Source: Octopus vulgaris
Taxonomy: Eukaryota
NCBI GenBank assembly: GCA_951406725.2
Contig: OX597825.1
Span: 44,392,001 to 44,456,000 of the forward strand
Length of the DNA: 64,000 bases
Reading direction: 5' to 3'
Within the stretch, counting starts at the first letter, position 1. Each line of letters starts with the position of its first letter. The translations under genes and the position numbers were made by a program. Of the stretch, positions 13,237 to 26,468 are shown one piece after another. The notes under the pieces were generated by a model. The model was not told where the DNA came from. It saw only the letters and a list, made by a program, of their open reading frames with translations, and did not search any database.

Positions 13237-13699
13237 ACATTGAAGGGTATATCAGCCGAAACGTTGTGTTAAAAACAAACAAGATGAGAACAAATATCCG
13301 TCAAATGTATATAATGTAAATAATGAGGAAAACCTTGTTTTTGATCGTACGACAAGACACCAGTCTCAACAGTCATGATGGTAACGCTGAATTAATGGAA
13401 TATCGGAGACTAAAGCTGCGTGAGCGAAAATGAAGGTGGCATTTTGCCATCAAGTGTCCTCAAACTTGACGTTACAGACTTACCTCGCTCTCCACCAGAC
13501 AATTATACCACAGTCTCCACATAACAAAGCAGTTCTTTATGGAGAAAAGACTGTAAACACCTAAAAAATCCCAATCTGGCCCCAAGCGTTTCAAGCTGAT
13601 CGAGCTCACATCAATGGTAGAAGTTGGAACCGAAAATTTTTTTTTTCTTTTATTCAAATATAAATGCGTACTCCTTTATGATGACAATTCCACACAGAA

Positions 13700-14520
13700 T
13701 TTCCTGTATTTATTCCCAATGAAATAAAATACGTGAATAATGGGAAGGACTGAAGCACACATATATATGATGGAGATGTAACCTCTCTTGCAAAATATAA
13801 AGGATCTTTTAGCTATCTTTGATGAGGAAAATTTTACTAGCTAATTTCTCATGGAAGGTAGCTAAGAAATAATTACCATAGCGGAGCTAATATCTAGATA
13901 TATGCACACAGCTAGGGATAAAGAGTGATTAGCGTGCACTTTAACTTGGCTAATGAAATACGCAATATTATCCTGTTAGCTCACAAATAATTAGAGATAA
14001 ATTGTATGGTGATTTTAGATAGGGTTCTGGCTTCCCCCAACTAAATATGAAAATCTGTCCTCACTAGAGACAAAGGTATCAGAATCTTCCCAAGGGGAGC
14101 TCTGAAAATCCAATTCCTTTTCTTAGGGGAACTTACTCCAACAACAATCATGCTTGACAGACCTCACTTTCCCAGAGTTCACAAAAATGTTATTTATCTT
14201 CCTCAGACTCAGCATAAACCATTGTGTATAATCTCAGACATTCATATCACAGGATGCTATGGAGAAAAAGACATAGCCAACAGTCCCAGAAACCTAAGAA
14301 TCTAACGTGTAAATACAACCTTGTAAATTTACGCCAGTTGTCAAATCTCAGAAAAAATGATTAGACTTACAAATCATTAAGAGCAAAAGACAACCACCAA
14401 AACTCTTAACAAAGCGAAAGTCACATTAGAAGAAACAATGCAGATAAAATGTGAAGACTTTCGCTGTGGGACAGGAGAACTGACTTGAAGGGCGTAAAAC
14501 CAAAACATTCAATAATGGAA
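13700..14520 (+). mobile_element. Highly degenerate PLE-like remnant
   Basis: Only short translated patches: IPFL, IIKSKRQPPKL and KCEDFRCG. Confidence 0.35.
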
Positions 14521-14853
14521 AGAAATATGATCAAAAATTAAAAAAAAAACATTTCGACAGTTGCACAAATGGAAAAGTCAAGCTATTTCCTTTTTTCAAA
14601 ATAACGGATAAACATGATCTACCACGAAAGAAAAAAGGCGAATGCTTCATGTGAATATTAAATTTAAAATGAAAGCGGAAATACCGCAACGAAAACAAAT
14701 TACACAGGTGCTATAAAATGAAAATAGCGAAAAGCGCTTCACATAAAAACTTCCTTCAATGAGGTCTGTATCAATCCATTTTTAAAGAATTTTTACATCG
14801 CTAATAATTTAAAATTAAAACTATCTTTATACACATGTGTGTGTATGTGTGTG

Positions 14854-14898
<45 letters not shown>

Positions 14899-14900
<2 letters not shown>

Positions 14901-15100
14901 GGGAAGCTTTATGAAAATAGACAAAAGATGAAGGCAGGTGGAATACAAACAAACAATTGTATTAGTATGGCGCTCAGGAATATAAATAAAACAAGTCTTT
15001 TACGTTTCTAGCCTACGCTCTTCAACAGAAAGATACACAGAAAAGAAACACAGAAAGAAATAAGGAGAGGAAAAAATGCGTGCAGAGGCTAGCGAATCAT
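14899..15100 (-). mobile_element. Short pLTR-like element with a variant HHR (14996-15033); family also at 62277-62460
   Basis: Minus strand reads tcttt-CTGTTGA-a-gagc gtag gcta-GAA-ACGT-A-aaaga. Adjacent to (TA)n. Confidence 0.6.
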
Positions 15101-15594
15101 TGATTAGATTTTATTTGTCAAATCATAATGCTCAGTGGACATAACTACTTCCGCAGGTCATATCTGCATATATATTCAGATTTGGCTTGAACTGAACAGC
15201 TACAACCGGTTGTATATTAAGCATTTGGTGTTAGAGCCTGTTTTCTTTATTTTGCTTTTGTAGTTGTTTGTGCTCATGTATTGCTCTTGTGCACCGAGAA
15301 TCAATCCTTTAGTTTCTGCTTTTACTCCAGAGGTTTTGAGCCATTGATGGCTTTCAATTAGCTGCACTTTCTATCAAGCCTAGCAAGGTATTTTGTCTAT
15401 GAAGTGATTTTTCTCTCCATTTCCTCTCTAGTATGTTTGGTATGCTTTTAGTCACCATTTCATGTTGTTGTTTGTGTCTTGATCATGTCAATCGTGTTGT
15501 TATCTGAGATCAGTGTGTCAGTGAAGTTTGTTTCTGTTTTGTATTTTGTCGCCTTCTTGTGTATAGAAAAAGCATTTTATTTTGTGCGTATATA

Positions 15595-15595
15595 A

Positions 15596-15661
<66 letters not shown>

Positions 15662-15688
15662 GAGAGATAGAGAGATAGAGAGAGAGAT

Positions 15689-15725
<37 letters not shown>
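15595..15725. repeat. (GT)n(GA)n compound microsatellite
   Basis: Direct reading of the sequence. Confidence 0.95.
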
Positions 15726-15727
<2 letters not shown>

Positions 15728-15895
15728 CTTTATTACATCGAGCAGTCGTCCGTTTTTTGATTCTAAGTATTTTTCGAGTGCAACTGTAGTTATTATGTAG
15801 TATTTTTCTATCTGTGTCACGTTGAAACCTCCTTCAAGGGTGATGACTTCGATATGTTGTTAATAGTTGCCCTGTTTTTCAATCCAAGTTTCTCA

Positions 15896-15926
<31 letters not shown>

Positions 15927-15927
<1 letters not shown>

Positions 15928-18900
15928 TTTATTTTTCTTCTTTCAAATTTGCTTCCATTTCTTGCCGAGTGTCTTCCCGACTCCTAGGGCAAAGAAACTC
16001 ATAGTATACATTGGTAGGCCATTAAACCAAACTCAATAGTTCGTTAATATTTTTTCTAAGTTAAATTAAAATACATGAGCAGCAACAGTTCTCACATCGA
16101 CAATGCTCTTCTCAATACGTGTGATGTACCAGTTAAGACAATCTTTTGCAATTCTTGCAGGGATGGTAAGCCAGGGATCATTCTCATATAATTTTCGGTT
16201 CCCTTCTTGATCATTCCTAGTGCTCCTACGATCACTGGTATTGTAACCGCCTTGAGATGCCACATTTTCTCAATTTCAATGAGTAGGTCTTTATATTTTC
16301 TGAGCTTGTCAAACTCTTTCGCTGAGATATTATGATCACAGGGGATGCTCATGTCGATCAATAAGCAAACTTTATTGTTTTGGTCTTTCACAACAATATC
16401 TGGTTTATTGGCCTTGATGGTTCGGTCTGTATGTACTGGAAAGTCCCACAGAATGGTTACATTTTCTCCTTCAGTTACAGCCTCAGGGTGGTGATTATAC
16501 CACTTGTCGGCAGTTTTGATATTGTAATGCCGACTTATTAGCCAGTGGAGATATTTGCCAACTCTGTCATGTCTTAATTTATACTCCACTGGTGCTAAGA
16601 CTTTACATCCAGAGATTAGGTGGTCCACTGTCTCAATCATGTCGTTGCAGAATCGGCATTTTGGGTCTGCTCCATTTTTCATCACATTGGCCTGGTAGTT
16701 CCGGGTTAATAGGCTTTGATCTTGAGCAGCCAGGATGAAACCTTCGCTCTCTGCTTTTAGCCCTGAGCTCCGTAGCCACTGATGGGTTTGCTTCTGGTCA
16801 ACATCAGCTTGTTTGCTGCGGGTCACATATTTGCCGTGCAGAGGTTTCTCCTCCCACCTATCAGCCAATTGCTCGTGCTCTTTTTTCATTGCCATCATTT
16901 TCACCTTCTTTGCAACAATAGTTGCCGTACTTCCCTCGGGTTGTTCAGTTTGGGTATCCTGCACGAGATCAATAGCAAACTTTTTGCTTTCCTTTATGAT
17001 AGAATGAAGCTTCTTTCGTCTCTCGTGATTTTCCAGGAGCTTTAGCATCCAGTCATTCGATATTTCGAGATATTTGGCCAGTCCAATTGTGGTTGTTTTG
17101 TAAGCTAGTTCAAATTGGATCAGGCCTCGACCTCCTTGGGCTCTGGGAAGGTAAAGGCGATCTACGTCTGCCTTTGGGTGGTGCATCCTATTACAACTCA
17201 GCAGCTTGCGTATTTTCCTATCTATATTCTTTACTTCACTCATATTCCAGTTCAACACATTGTAGCTATAAGTAACAACTGGAACTGCTAAGGAATTTAT
17301 AGCTAACACCTTGTTACGTGCATTTAGTTCAGATTTAAGGACTGCACGAACTCTCCTATAACATTCCTTCCTGATCTTCTCTTTCATGCTTGCATGCTGA
17401 ATACCAGAGCCTTCATTTATCCCTAAATATTTGTATGTTTGTTCTTGCTCAAGCTCTCTTATGACTGTGTCAACATCTAACACGACTGAATTTGTGGTCT
17501 TCACTTTCCCTTTCTGGAAAGTGGCCTTGGCACACTTCTCAAGTCCAAACTCCATCCCGATGTCATCGCTGAATGCTTTCACGGTGCGCAATAAGCCTTC
17601 AAGTTCATTATTGTCTTTACCATAAAGTTTTAAGTCATCCATATAAAATAGATGGCTTATTTTTTTATTGGCAATTTTATACCCATACCCTGTTCTGTTT
17701 AATTCACTTGTAAGGGGTATTAGGGCTATGCAGAATATTAAAGGTGAAAGTGAGTCACCTTGAAAAATTCCCCAGTTGATGTTTATATTTTCTGAGGCAA
17801 GTACTCCATTAGAGTGGTATAATTGGAGATTCGTATTCCACAACGACATATTGTGCTTCAGGAAGTTTGAAATCACAGGGGAAATTTTGAAGATGTCCAG
17901 CGATCTCAAGATCCATGGATGCGGTATACTGTCGAAGGCCTTTTTATAGTCAATCCATGCGGTGCTGAGATTTCTGCGCTTGTTGTGACAGTTCTCAAGG
18001 ATCATACGATTGATTAGCAGTTGATCTTTGCATCCGTAAAAGCCTCGGCGGCACCCTTTTTATTCAATGGGGAAAATATCGTTCTTCTCCATGAATGCAT
18101 ATGTTTTCTCCGCCAGGATAGATGTTAGGATTTTATACGTGGTGGATAGACAGGTTATAGGCCGATAGTTTTTTGGAAGGTTGGTTTCGTTATTCTTTGG
18201 GAGTAGGTAAGTAATGCCACTTGCTAACCATTCAGGTGTTTTCTTTGGGTCTCTCATAATTCCATTGAGCAGCTGAACTAGCTTACCGTGTGCGCATGAG
18301 AGCGATGCGAACCAGAAATTCGGCACCCTATCTTTACCGGGGGATTTCCAATTATGGGCATTCGTGAGTGCCATTCTTAGGTCTGCTATTGTGATGTCTT
18401 CCCATGCTTGTTGTTGTAAATTTTGGTAGGATCCTTCAGTTTGTATAATCCAGTCTGCATTTATGTTGTACGTCTTCTTGTCACTCCAGATCCTTTTCCA
18501 AAAGTTTCGAACTTCTTCCATGGGAGGAGGGTCTTTAACGGTTACTTTCTCCTTCCCTATTTCTCTGTAGAATTTTTTGGCATTGGATGTGAACAGCTTA
18601 TTTTGCTTGTAAAACTTGTTTCTCTTCTCAAATCTTCGTATTCTTTGGGCTTTTGCTTGGACTTTTTGTTTCAGCGTTTCTTTTATTGATATCAGTTCTT
18701 CTCTTGGTGAGGATCCAAATTTTCTCTTCATCTTTCTTCCTGTTCTGGATCTTACATCATTTCCACATATTAGTTCATTTAATATTGATATTTCCCCTCT
18801 CATAAATTCAATCTCTTTTTCAATTTTACTTCTCCAGGTTTGATTTCTTCCCAGGTTTTGTTTTCTTTGTTTTTTCGGGGGCATACAGCTGGTTTCAATT

Positions 18901-19343
18901 GCCCTAGCAGAAGCGTAAATAATTTCATTTAACTCAGTAAAATCAGGTTTTAATTCTCGTATTATTTCATTTGTTACATAGTTGCCAATTTGGATTTGTT
19001 TTTTATTTTGGTTTGTATTTGAGAGTTTATGAAGTGGTTCTCTATCATTCATACTTGTATGTCTTACAACTTCAAGCGTATTCAGAATTGTCTGCCTCAT
19101 TTCTGCCATAGACTCTCTGTGTTCTTCAGCAAATGCGAGATCTTCAGTTACTGTTGTTTTTTCGTTTTCCTGGCTATCTTTAACAGGTACAATAGAATTT
19201 CTTGTATCTTCAGGCCTTTGCGTACTTTGGTCAGATCGCAGTCTTTCAATTAAGCCTCGTGGCGGGCTATACTGTTCATCTGATTCTTCATTTCCTTTGT
19301 GTCTTATATTTATGTCATTTTCCGTTGCGTGCTTGATCGCGCG
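15927..19343 (-). mobile_element. R4/Dong-clade RLE LINE, family B, near intact but 5' truncated
   Basis: RT and RLE domains are present. The 3' UTR ends in (TAA)n at 15896-15926. Confidence 0.93.
16092..19109 (-). pseudogene. Reverse transcriptase / CCHC zinc knuckle / restriction-like endonuclease ORF with one in-frame stop
   Basis: ORFs 18060-19109 and 16092-18005 are in frame across a TAA (PIE*KGCR). Motifs: GIFQGDSLSP, YMDD, CRFC-X8-H-X4-C, RHDRV, KPDIVV, LIDMSIP, KLRKYKDL. Confidence 0.93.
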
Positions 19344-20804
19344 TATTCCACACTGACATGTGCTTCAGGAAGTTTGAAATCACAGGAGATATTTTGAAGA
19401 TATCCAGCAGTTTCAAGATCCATGAATGTGGTATGCTGTCAAAGGCCTTTTTATAATCAATGCATGCAGAACTGAGATTTATGCGTTTGTTATGACAGTT
19501 CTGAAGGATCATACGATTGATTAAAAGATGGTCTTTGCATCTATATGAGCCGCGTAGGCACCCTTATTGTTCAGTGCGGAAATGTTCTGTTCCATTGATT
19601 TGTATATTTTCTCCACGAGGATAGATGTTAAGATCTTATACGTGGTAGACAGACATGTTATGGACCGATAGTTTTGGGGAAATTTGGTTTCATTATTCTT
19701 CGGTAGTAGGTAATACAGGTGTTTTCGTAGGATCTCCCATATTTTCATTGAATAACTGGAATAACTTTCCGTATGCGCATGGGAGTGTTGCAAGCCAGAA
19801 ATTTGATACCCTATCATTACAAGGGGATTTTCGCTTATGTGCCTACGTGAATGTCATCCTTAGGTCTGCTATTGTGATGTCTTCCCATGCTTGTACTGGT
19901 AAGTTTTGGTAGCATTCTTCTGTGCGTCTAATCCAGTCTGCATTTTCATTGTAAGTCTTTTCATCATTCCATATATTTTTCCAAAATATTTCAACTTCAA
20001 CGGTTGTTTTCTCCTTTCATATTTCTCTGCAGAAAGTTTTAGCATTGGATGTGAACAGCTTATTTTTCCTTGTAAATCTTATTTCTCTTCTCAAATCTTC
20101 GTATTCTTTGAGCTTTTGCTTGGGCTTTTTTGTTGCAGAGTTTCTTTTGCTGAAAGCAGTTCTTCTCTTAGTGAGAATCTATGCTTTCTCTTCATCTTTC
20201 TTCCTTTTCTGGTTTTTACATCGTTTCCACAGGCTAGTTCATTCAGCATTGACATTTAACCTCTCATTATTTCAATCTCTTTTTCAAATTTACTTTATTC
20301 AGTTTGGAATTCTTCTCAGGTTTGTATTCCTTTGTTTCTTTCAAAGGCATACAACTGGTTTCAATTGTCTTAGCAGCTGTATATATAATTTCGTTTAATT
20401 CAGTGAGATCTGGTTTTAGTTCATGTATAATTTCTTTTGTCATATAGTTTCCAATTTTAATTTGTTTTCTATTTGGATTGTATTTGAGAGTTTATGAAGT
20501 GGTTCTCTTTCATGCATATTGGCGTGTCTTCAGGATTTTCTGCTTCATTTCTATCATAGATTCTCTTCGGTAAATGTGTAGTTTTCAAATATTGCTTCAT
20601 TACCACTTTCCTCGCTATCATTCTCAGGTTCATTACAATTTTTATTTCTTCGGACGTTTGCGTACTCTGGTCAGATGGCATTCTTTCAATTGAGACTCGT
20701 GGAGAGTTGCTCTCTTCGTCTGGTTCCTTATTTCTTTTCTGTCTTATATTAAGATCATTTTCCGCTGCGTGCTTGATCGCGGTTATTTCACTATCTGTGA
20801 GTCT
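19344..20804 (-). mobile_element. Older, diverged tandem copy of family B LINE (internal fragment)
   Basis: Colinear with ~17830-19343 (IDYKKAFDSIPH, NYRSITCLSTTYK), with many stops and indels. Confidence 0.85.
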
Positions 20805-20806
20805 TA

Positions 20807-21522
20807 CGAGAGACGTTCAATAAGTAATGCTCCTGACCCACTTGCAGTTGTTTGATCTAGCTGCACGTGCAATAAATAATTGCACGTGCAATTATTTATA
20901 TATTTATAGATTAAATGGCAAATTACAGCTCTGAACTAATAGTGGTTTCTGATTTACAGGTGTTTGAATTGAGTCAAGTGTGAAATGGAGTCTGTTGAGT
21001 GTCGAGCAGTGATCCGGTTTTTGTATTTGAAAGGACGCATACTACGGGAGACTTTTGATGAAATGAAAGTAACTTATGGTGATGATGCCCCATCATATGA
21101 CCTTGTAAAACGCTGGCATCGTGAATTCAAACATGGTTGGAACTCGGTGGAAACAGCTCCCAGATCTGGTCGCCCCCGCTTCTGCCATTGATGAGGCATC
21201 TGTCCGTCAAGTTGAGGCTGCCATTTTGGAAGATCGACGCATAACTATTCGCCAAATAGCCCATGAGGTCAAGATTAGTACCGGGTCTGTGGAAACTATC
21301 ATTTATGCCCATTTTCATATGCAAAAGGTGTCTGCCAGATGGATTCCCAGGTTGCTCACACCTTTCCAGAAGCAAGAACGCGTTGAGTGCTCGAGGATGA
21401 ATTTGGAGATGTGCCAAGATGAGTCAAAATTTTTCAAAAGACTGATTGCACAGGATGAAACCTGGGTTCATCACTATAATCCAGAGACCAAAGCCCAGTC
21501 AATGCAGTGGAAGCACCGTGAC
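20807..21522 (+). mobile_element. mariner transposon, 5' half
   Basis: TA|CGAG start, then RAVIRFL, APRSGRP, WIPRLLT, QDETWVHHYNPETK and SMQWKH. Confidence 0.9.
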
Positions 21523-24094
21523 CTTTTCTGGTGTGTGCCTATACCATCTTTTTTCTATAGTTATTCCATAATGGCATAGCTTCCAGTGTATGTAGGTCCC
21601 AACTCTGTCATGTCTGTGAATATATTCCTTCTTAGCCAGGACTGGGCAGCCAGAGATAATATGATTTATTGTTTCTTGTCCATTTCCACATATTCTGCAG
21701 TTACTTGTTATATTTCTTTTCATTACATGTTTTTGGTAATTTCTGGTGGGTAGGCGTTGGTCTTGTGCTGCAATTAAGAATCCCTCTGTCTCATTGCTGG
21801 GATTTTTCTTTGTCTATTTCTTTTGCATTTAGTTTAGTCCAGTATTTACCATGAAGGGGCTTTTCTTGCCATCGTCTTATCATGGTTCGTTGCTGTTCTA
21901 GTTTTAGTTTGGATTTCATTTGTTTTATAGCTTTTGTTGTTTCTTCATCTTCTTCTTCTTCTTTCTTCTTCTCTCCTTCTTCTTCATATTTATTTGGTGG
22001 TATGATTTCTTGTTTGTATTTGTCAGCTTCCTTAAATACTGAGAACAGTTTCTTGTTTTGCTCATGTTTTGCCACTATTTGTATCAGTTTTCCTTCATTC
22101 TGAAGTAGATATTTTTGCAGTCCTATGGTGGTTATTTTATAGTAGTTTTCCAGCTGTATAAGGCCTCTACCACCTCCTATACGTTGTATATTTTGGGTGA
22201 TGCATCCTAGATCCTGTCATTATTTTTCTTGTTTTCCTATCTATTTTGGTCAGTTCATTTAGCTGTAACTTATAACTGGGACAGCTAAAGTGTTACTACC
22301 TATTATCTTGTTTTTAGCATTGAGCACTGTTTTTAGTTTTGATCTAACTCGTCTATAATATTCTTTTTTTTATTTTCTCTTTCACTTGTGTGTGTTGTGT
22401 CTTATCTAGTTCATGGACTCCTAAGTATATGTGAGTTTGGCTTTGGTCTAATTCTTTTATTTCATTGGTTTTATCTAGTGTGATGTTGCTACTCTTAACT
22501 AGTTTTCCTCTTTTCATGGTTACTTTGGCGCATTTTTCTAATCCAAATTTCATATCTATTTCTTTGGTAAATCCATGAACTGTCTTTAATAGTGTTTCAA
22601 GCTGTTTGTCATTTGCAGCGTATAGTTTTAGGTCCTCCATATATAAAAGGTGGCTGATCGTTTTGCCGTAACATTTATATACGCATCCAGTTATATTTAT
22701 CATATCAGATAGAGGTGACAGTGCCAAGCAGAAAAGGAGTGGAGAGAGCGTGTCTCCCTGGAATATTCCTCTTCTAATGGGGATGGCTTTGGTTTTCATA
22801 AGTCCCTCTTATGTTTGGAGCTGTAGCACTGTTTGCCATTTATTCATAGAGTGTCCTATGAATTTTATAATTGTTGGTGCTACTTTGTTAATGGCTAGTG
22901 TTTCGAGGATCCATGTGTGGGGGATGCTATCAAACGCCTTTTTGTAGTCGATCCAGGCCATACTGAGGCCTTTCTTCTTTCTGTGGCTGTCTTCAGTTAT
23001 GGCTTTATTAATCATTAGTTGATCTTTACAGCCGTATGAGCCTTTGCGGCATCCTTTCTGCTCTTCTTGAAACAGGTTGTTTTCGTCCAGGTGCTTGTTC
23101 AACCTTTGCGATATCACTGCAGTAAATGCCTTGAACATTGTAGGGATACAGGCTATTGGTCTGTAGTTTTCTGGTTTTGCTGTCCCATTTGATTTGGGAA
23201 TTAAGATGGTTTTCCCCTTCGTGAGCCATTCAGGCATTGTCTCTGGCTCTGCTAGTATGTTGTTAAAGTTTTCAGCCAGCTTTTTGTGCATTCTTGTTAG
23301 ATATTTCAACCAGAAGTTGGGGATCTTGTCATGCCCAGGTGTCTTCCAGTTGCTTAGGCTTTGCAGTACCTGGGTGACCTCTACAGTTGTTATGGAGGTC
23401 CAAAGTTGCTCAGATGCTGAGTTTGTTGTTTTAATACTCCTTTTTTTTGGGTTTTTCGTTCGCCGACCATATTTCTCTCCAGAATTCTTCCACTTCTTCT
23501 GCCGTTGGTGCTGCAGTGATTTCTATTTTATTTTTGCCAACTTCTTGTTAGAACTTTTTGGGGTTAGATTTGAACTTTTTGTTTTGTTCAAAGAAGCGCT
23601 GGCGTTTCTCGTACCGGCGGATCCTTTGTGCTTTGGCAAGGATATCTTGCTTTAGCTTTTCTTTTATCTCAGGTAAAATCATGTTGTGTGATGTTGTATT
23701 TGCGGAGTATTTTTGTTTTCTTTTTGTTGCTCAGTAGCGTTTGATTGTCTACTGATTTCATTAAGAATCGACAGATCTTTTCTCAATTTTTGCATTTTGT
23801 TTTGGATCTTATTTATCCACAGGGTTGTTTTGGGTGGTGGTACTCTTGTTTGGATGGGTTTGAGTGAGTATCCAGCTTCTTTTGTGGCTGCAGTGGCTGC
23901 TGCCTATACTAAGTCATTTAGCTCAGTGATATCGCTTTTTGTTTCAGTGGCTATTAGTTCCGTGACGGCTAGGTTTATGCTGTTTTTAATTGGTGTTGTT
24001 GTTTCGTCTATTTTGATTTTTGGGAGGTATGGTAGGTGGTCCATTTTGAGCTATGTGGTTTTTAGTTCTTTGATTATTCTACTTTTTATATTAT

Positions 24095-24097
<3 letters not shown>
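21518..24097 (-). mobile_element. R4/Dong family A copy 2, truncated at both ends
   Basis: Highly similar to 70-2700. The 5' junction lies in a (TAA)n array. Confidence 0.92.
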
Positions 24098-24297
<200 letters not shown>

Positions 24298-24826
24298 TTG
24301 AGTGAGAGAGCAGTGCATGCCATCAAAGTGACACTGGGGTAAAATATACGAAGCCCATCATGACTACCTGACTGATAAGGGTACACCAAGCAAAAGCATC
24401 ACAACCATATGTGCGCAACAATCATATCAAGATAAACAGCGCATGACCTAGCAGGTGGGGCCCAGTTAGAATTTTCTTCTGGTTGAGTAGCCCATCCCGC
24501 TCAAAAGGTTCCTGAATAAGGATTGAATGAACCACCCATGTTTCCAAAGGTGAATTATCCAAACCTCTAAGAATTTCTTTCAACACATGGCTATGATGCT
24601 CCCCGCCACTTCTGCTCGTGACCAGAGATGCACATATCGTCAACTACTAGGGGACATGCTCAACTGGTTAAGGTCAAACAACTGACGAGCAAATCTGTGG
24701 TATTGAGCAGAATATTTGCTGTAGCCCATCTTTTATACCAAAACAAAACAATGTACATGATAACACTTCCAATCATTTAAGATCAGAAGCCATGAGAGCC
24801 ACTGCCTGGTTCTGCATTAGGGCATT
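24298..24826. mobile_element. Unclassified ~530-bp insertion flanked on both sides by (TTA)n
   Basis: Higher-complexity block between TTA arrays 24095-24297 and 24826-24887. No recognisable protein. Confidence 0.5.
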
Positions 24827-25439
24827 TATTATTATTATTATCATTATTATTATTGTTATTATTATTATCATTATCATTATTATTATTCGACGTCTATCTA
24901 CACGTGTTGCATATCGCTCCCGTAGGTGTTATTGTTATTTATGTTGCTAGGCATTGTTATGTATTGTAAATGTGTTATCGTTGCATATATAAAATAATCA
25001 GGACCTTAGGGAGCTGGTTAGTTGCTCTCTATTTCTAGCTCTTAGCGGCTAATTTGGTGTTCGTTTTAGCTGATACGTCCCTCAAAGTAAAAAAAAAAAA
25101 AATAGATGGCGAATGGGAATCGTTCGTCCGCTGAAAAGAACAGTCGGTCATCTGCAAAACAGAAAATCCCAGTCGCAAAAAAACAGTGATAGCTTTAGCA
25201 GTAGCAGCAACGACAGGATCAGCGGCAACAACAACAAGAACAATAGCGCACGTGAAATATACGAAAGTAACTTCCCGTCGCTTTCAGCACCACTTTCACC
25301 ATTGCAACAAGAAAAGAAATAAATGACAACAAAAAGCAACAACATACGCAAGAATACTACCACCTTCATCACTACCGCCAGTGGCAACAGTAAACCCACC
25401 ACCACCATGACATTTGTGTGCGGCATTTTAATAGCTAGA

Positions 25440-26209
25440 TCGACTTCAGTGTGTACTCCGACGGTGAAGGCTGGTTTATGAAGTTACCCTGGGTTTCCCG
25501 CCCATAAAGGGTTTAATTTTATGCCATATCGTCAGACTCCGAAACCTGTTGGCCTATGACCTGTTTAAAATATGGAGTGGAAAAGTCTGGGTTGTCCCCC
25601 TTTGCCAATGACTATCGACTTCCGACAGTACTGCCATCGTTTAACTGTAAACAATGGGGGATTATATCTCTCTCCCGTTAGCTATCAACTTCATGCAGAT
25701 GCCAAAAGGCCAGCAGAAATCTCCGAAAATGCAAATATGACCCGAAAATGTCCGTTCTGGAGTTAAGTATAGCTCCTGGTTCGAGTGAGTCCCTTAGGAT
25801 CCTCATGCGTTCGGCTATACATAGCTTGCAGAGTTTCGTCCTGTTGATGTAGGGGCCCGAGTTTTTGAGAATTTTCCATAAGATTGAGTGTGGAACTCCG
25901 AAGTCTTTTGGTTGCCAGACGTGGCTGGCCAGCGATGTTACATATCTCCTTACCTTGACCGTGAAGGTTGTTCAACAGTTGGAAAACGTTTCTTGAATGG
26001 ATTTCCGGTACAACCAATATATTTCTGTGGACGCGCGATGTCAGAACTGTACCTATTATTGTTGTTGCCACTGTTACTGCTGTTGCTGATGTAATTGTAA
26101 CTGCCGATGTCGTTGCTGCCGTGTTCAAGAACCTGGTAAAGGGTATTAGCAAGAGGATTTCGATCCTTTGGGATTACCCAGGGTAACCCCATAAACTGGT
26201 CTTAATCAG

Positions 26210-26210
<1 letters not shown>
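25440..26210 (-). mobile_element. 5'-truncated PLE: GIY-YIG remnant, degenerate HHR and short inverted pLTR piece
   Basis: Frame-joined minus strand reads YIGCTGNPFKKRF...SLASHVWQ...WKILK...PY...CKLC. Minus-strand ggagt-CTGACGA...GAA-ACCcagGGT-A-acttc at ~25479-25539. 26166-26200 is an inverted match to 25471-25510. Confidence 0.7.
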
Positions 26211-26260
<50 letters not shown>

Positions 26261-26263
<3 letters not shown>

Positions 26264-26414
26264 GGATAAATGAATTACCTTTTGTTTACAGTCAACACGG
26301 AAAATTCAATAAACAGTTACCAGAGTAGCAAAATTCACGCAAGTAACAGTCTGCTAAATAAAAGTTCATTTTCTGAGAGTTCCAACATTAATTTTGTTAA
26401 TACCAGCCCTTCTC

Positions 26415-26468
<54 letters not shown>

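Noticed and set aside
13240-13325. gccgaaacgt HHR-like half motif after the Tc1 element
   Set aside because: No upstream CUGANGA or stem I was found, so it cannot be called.
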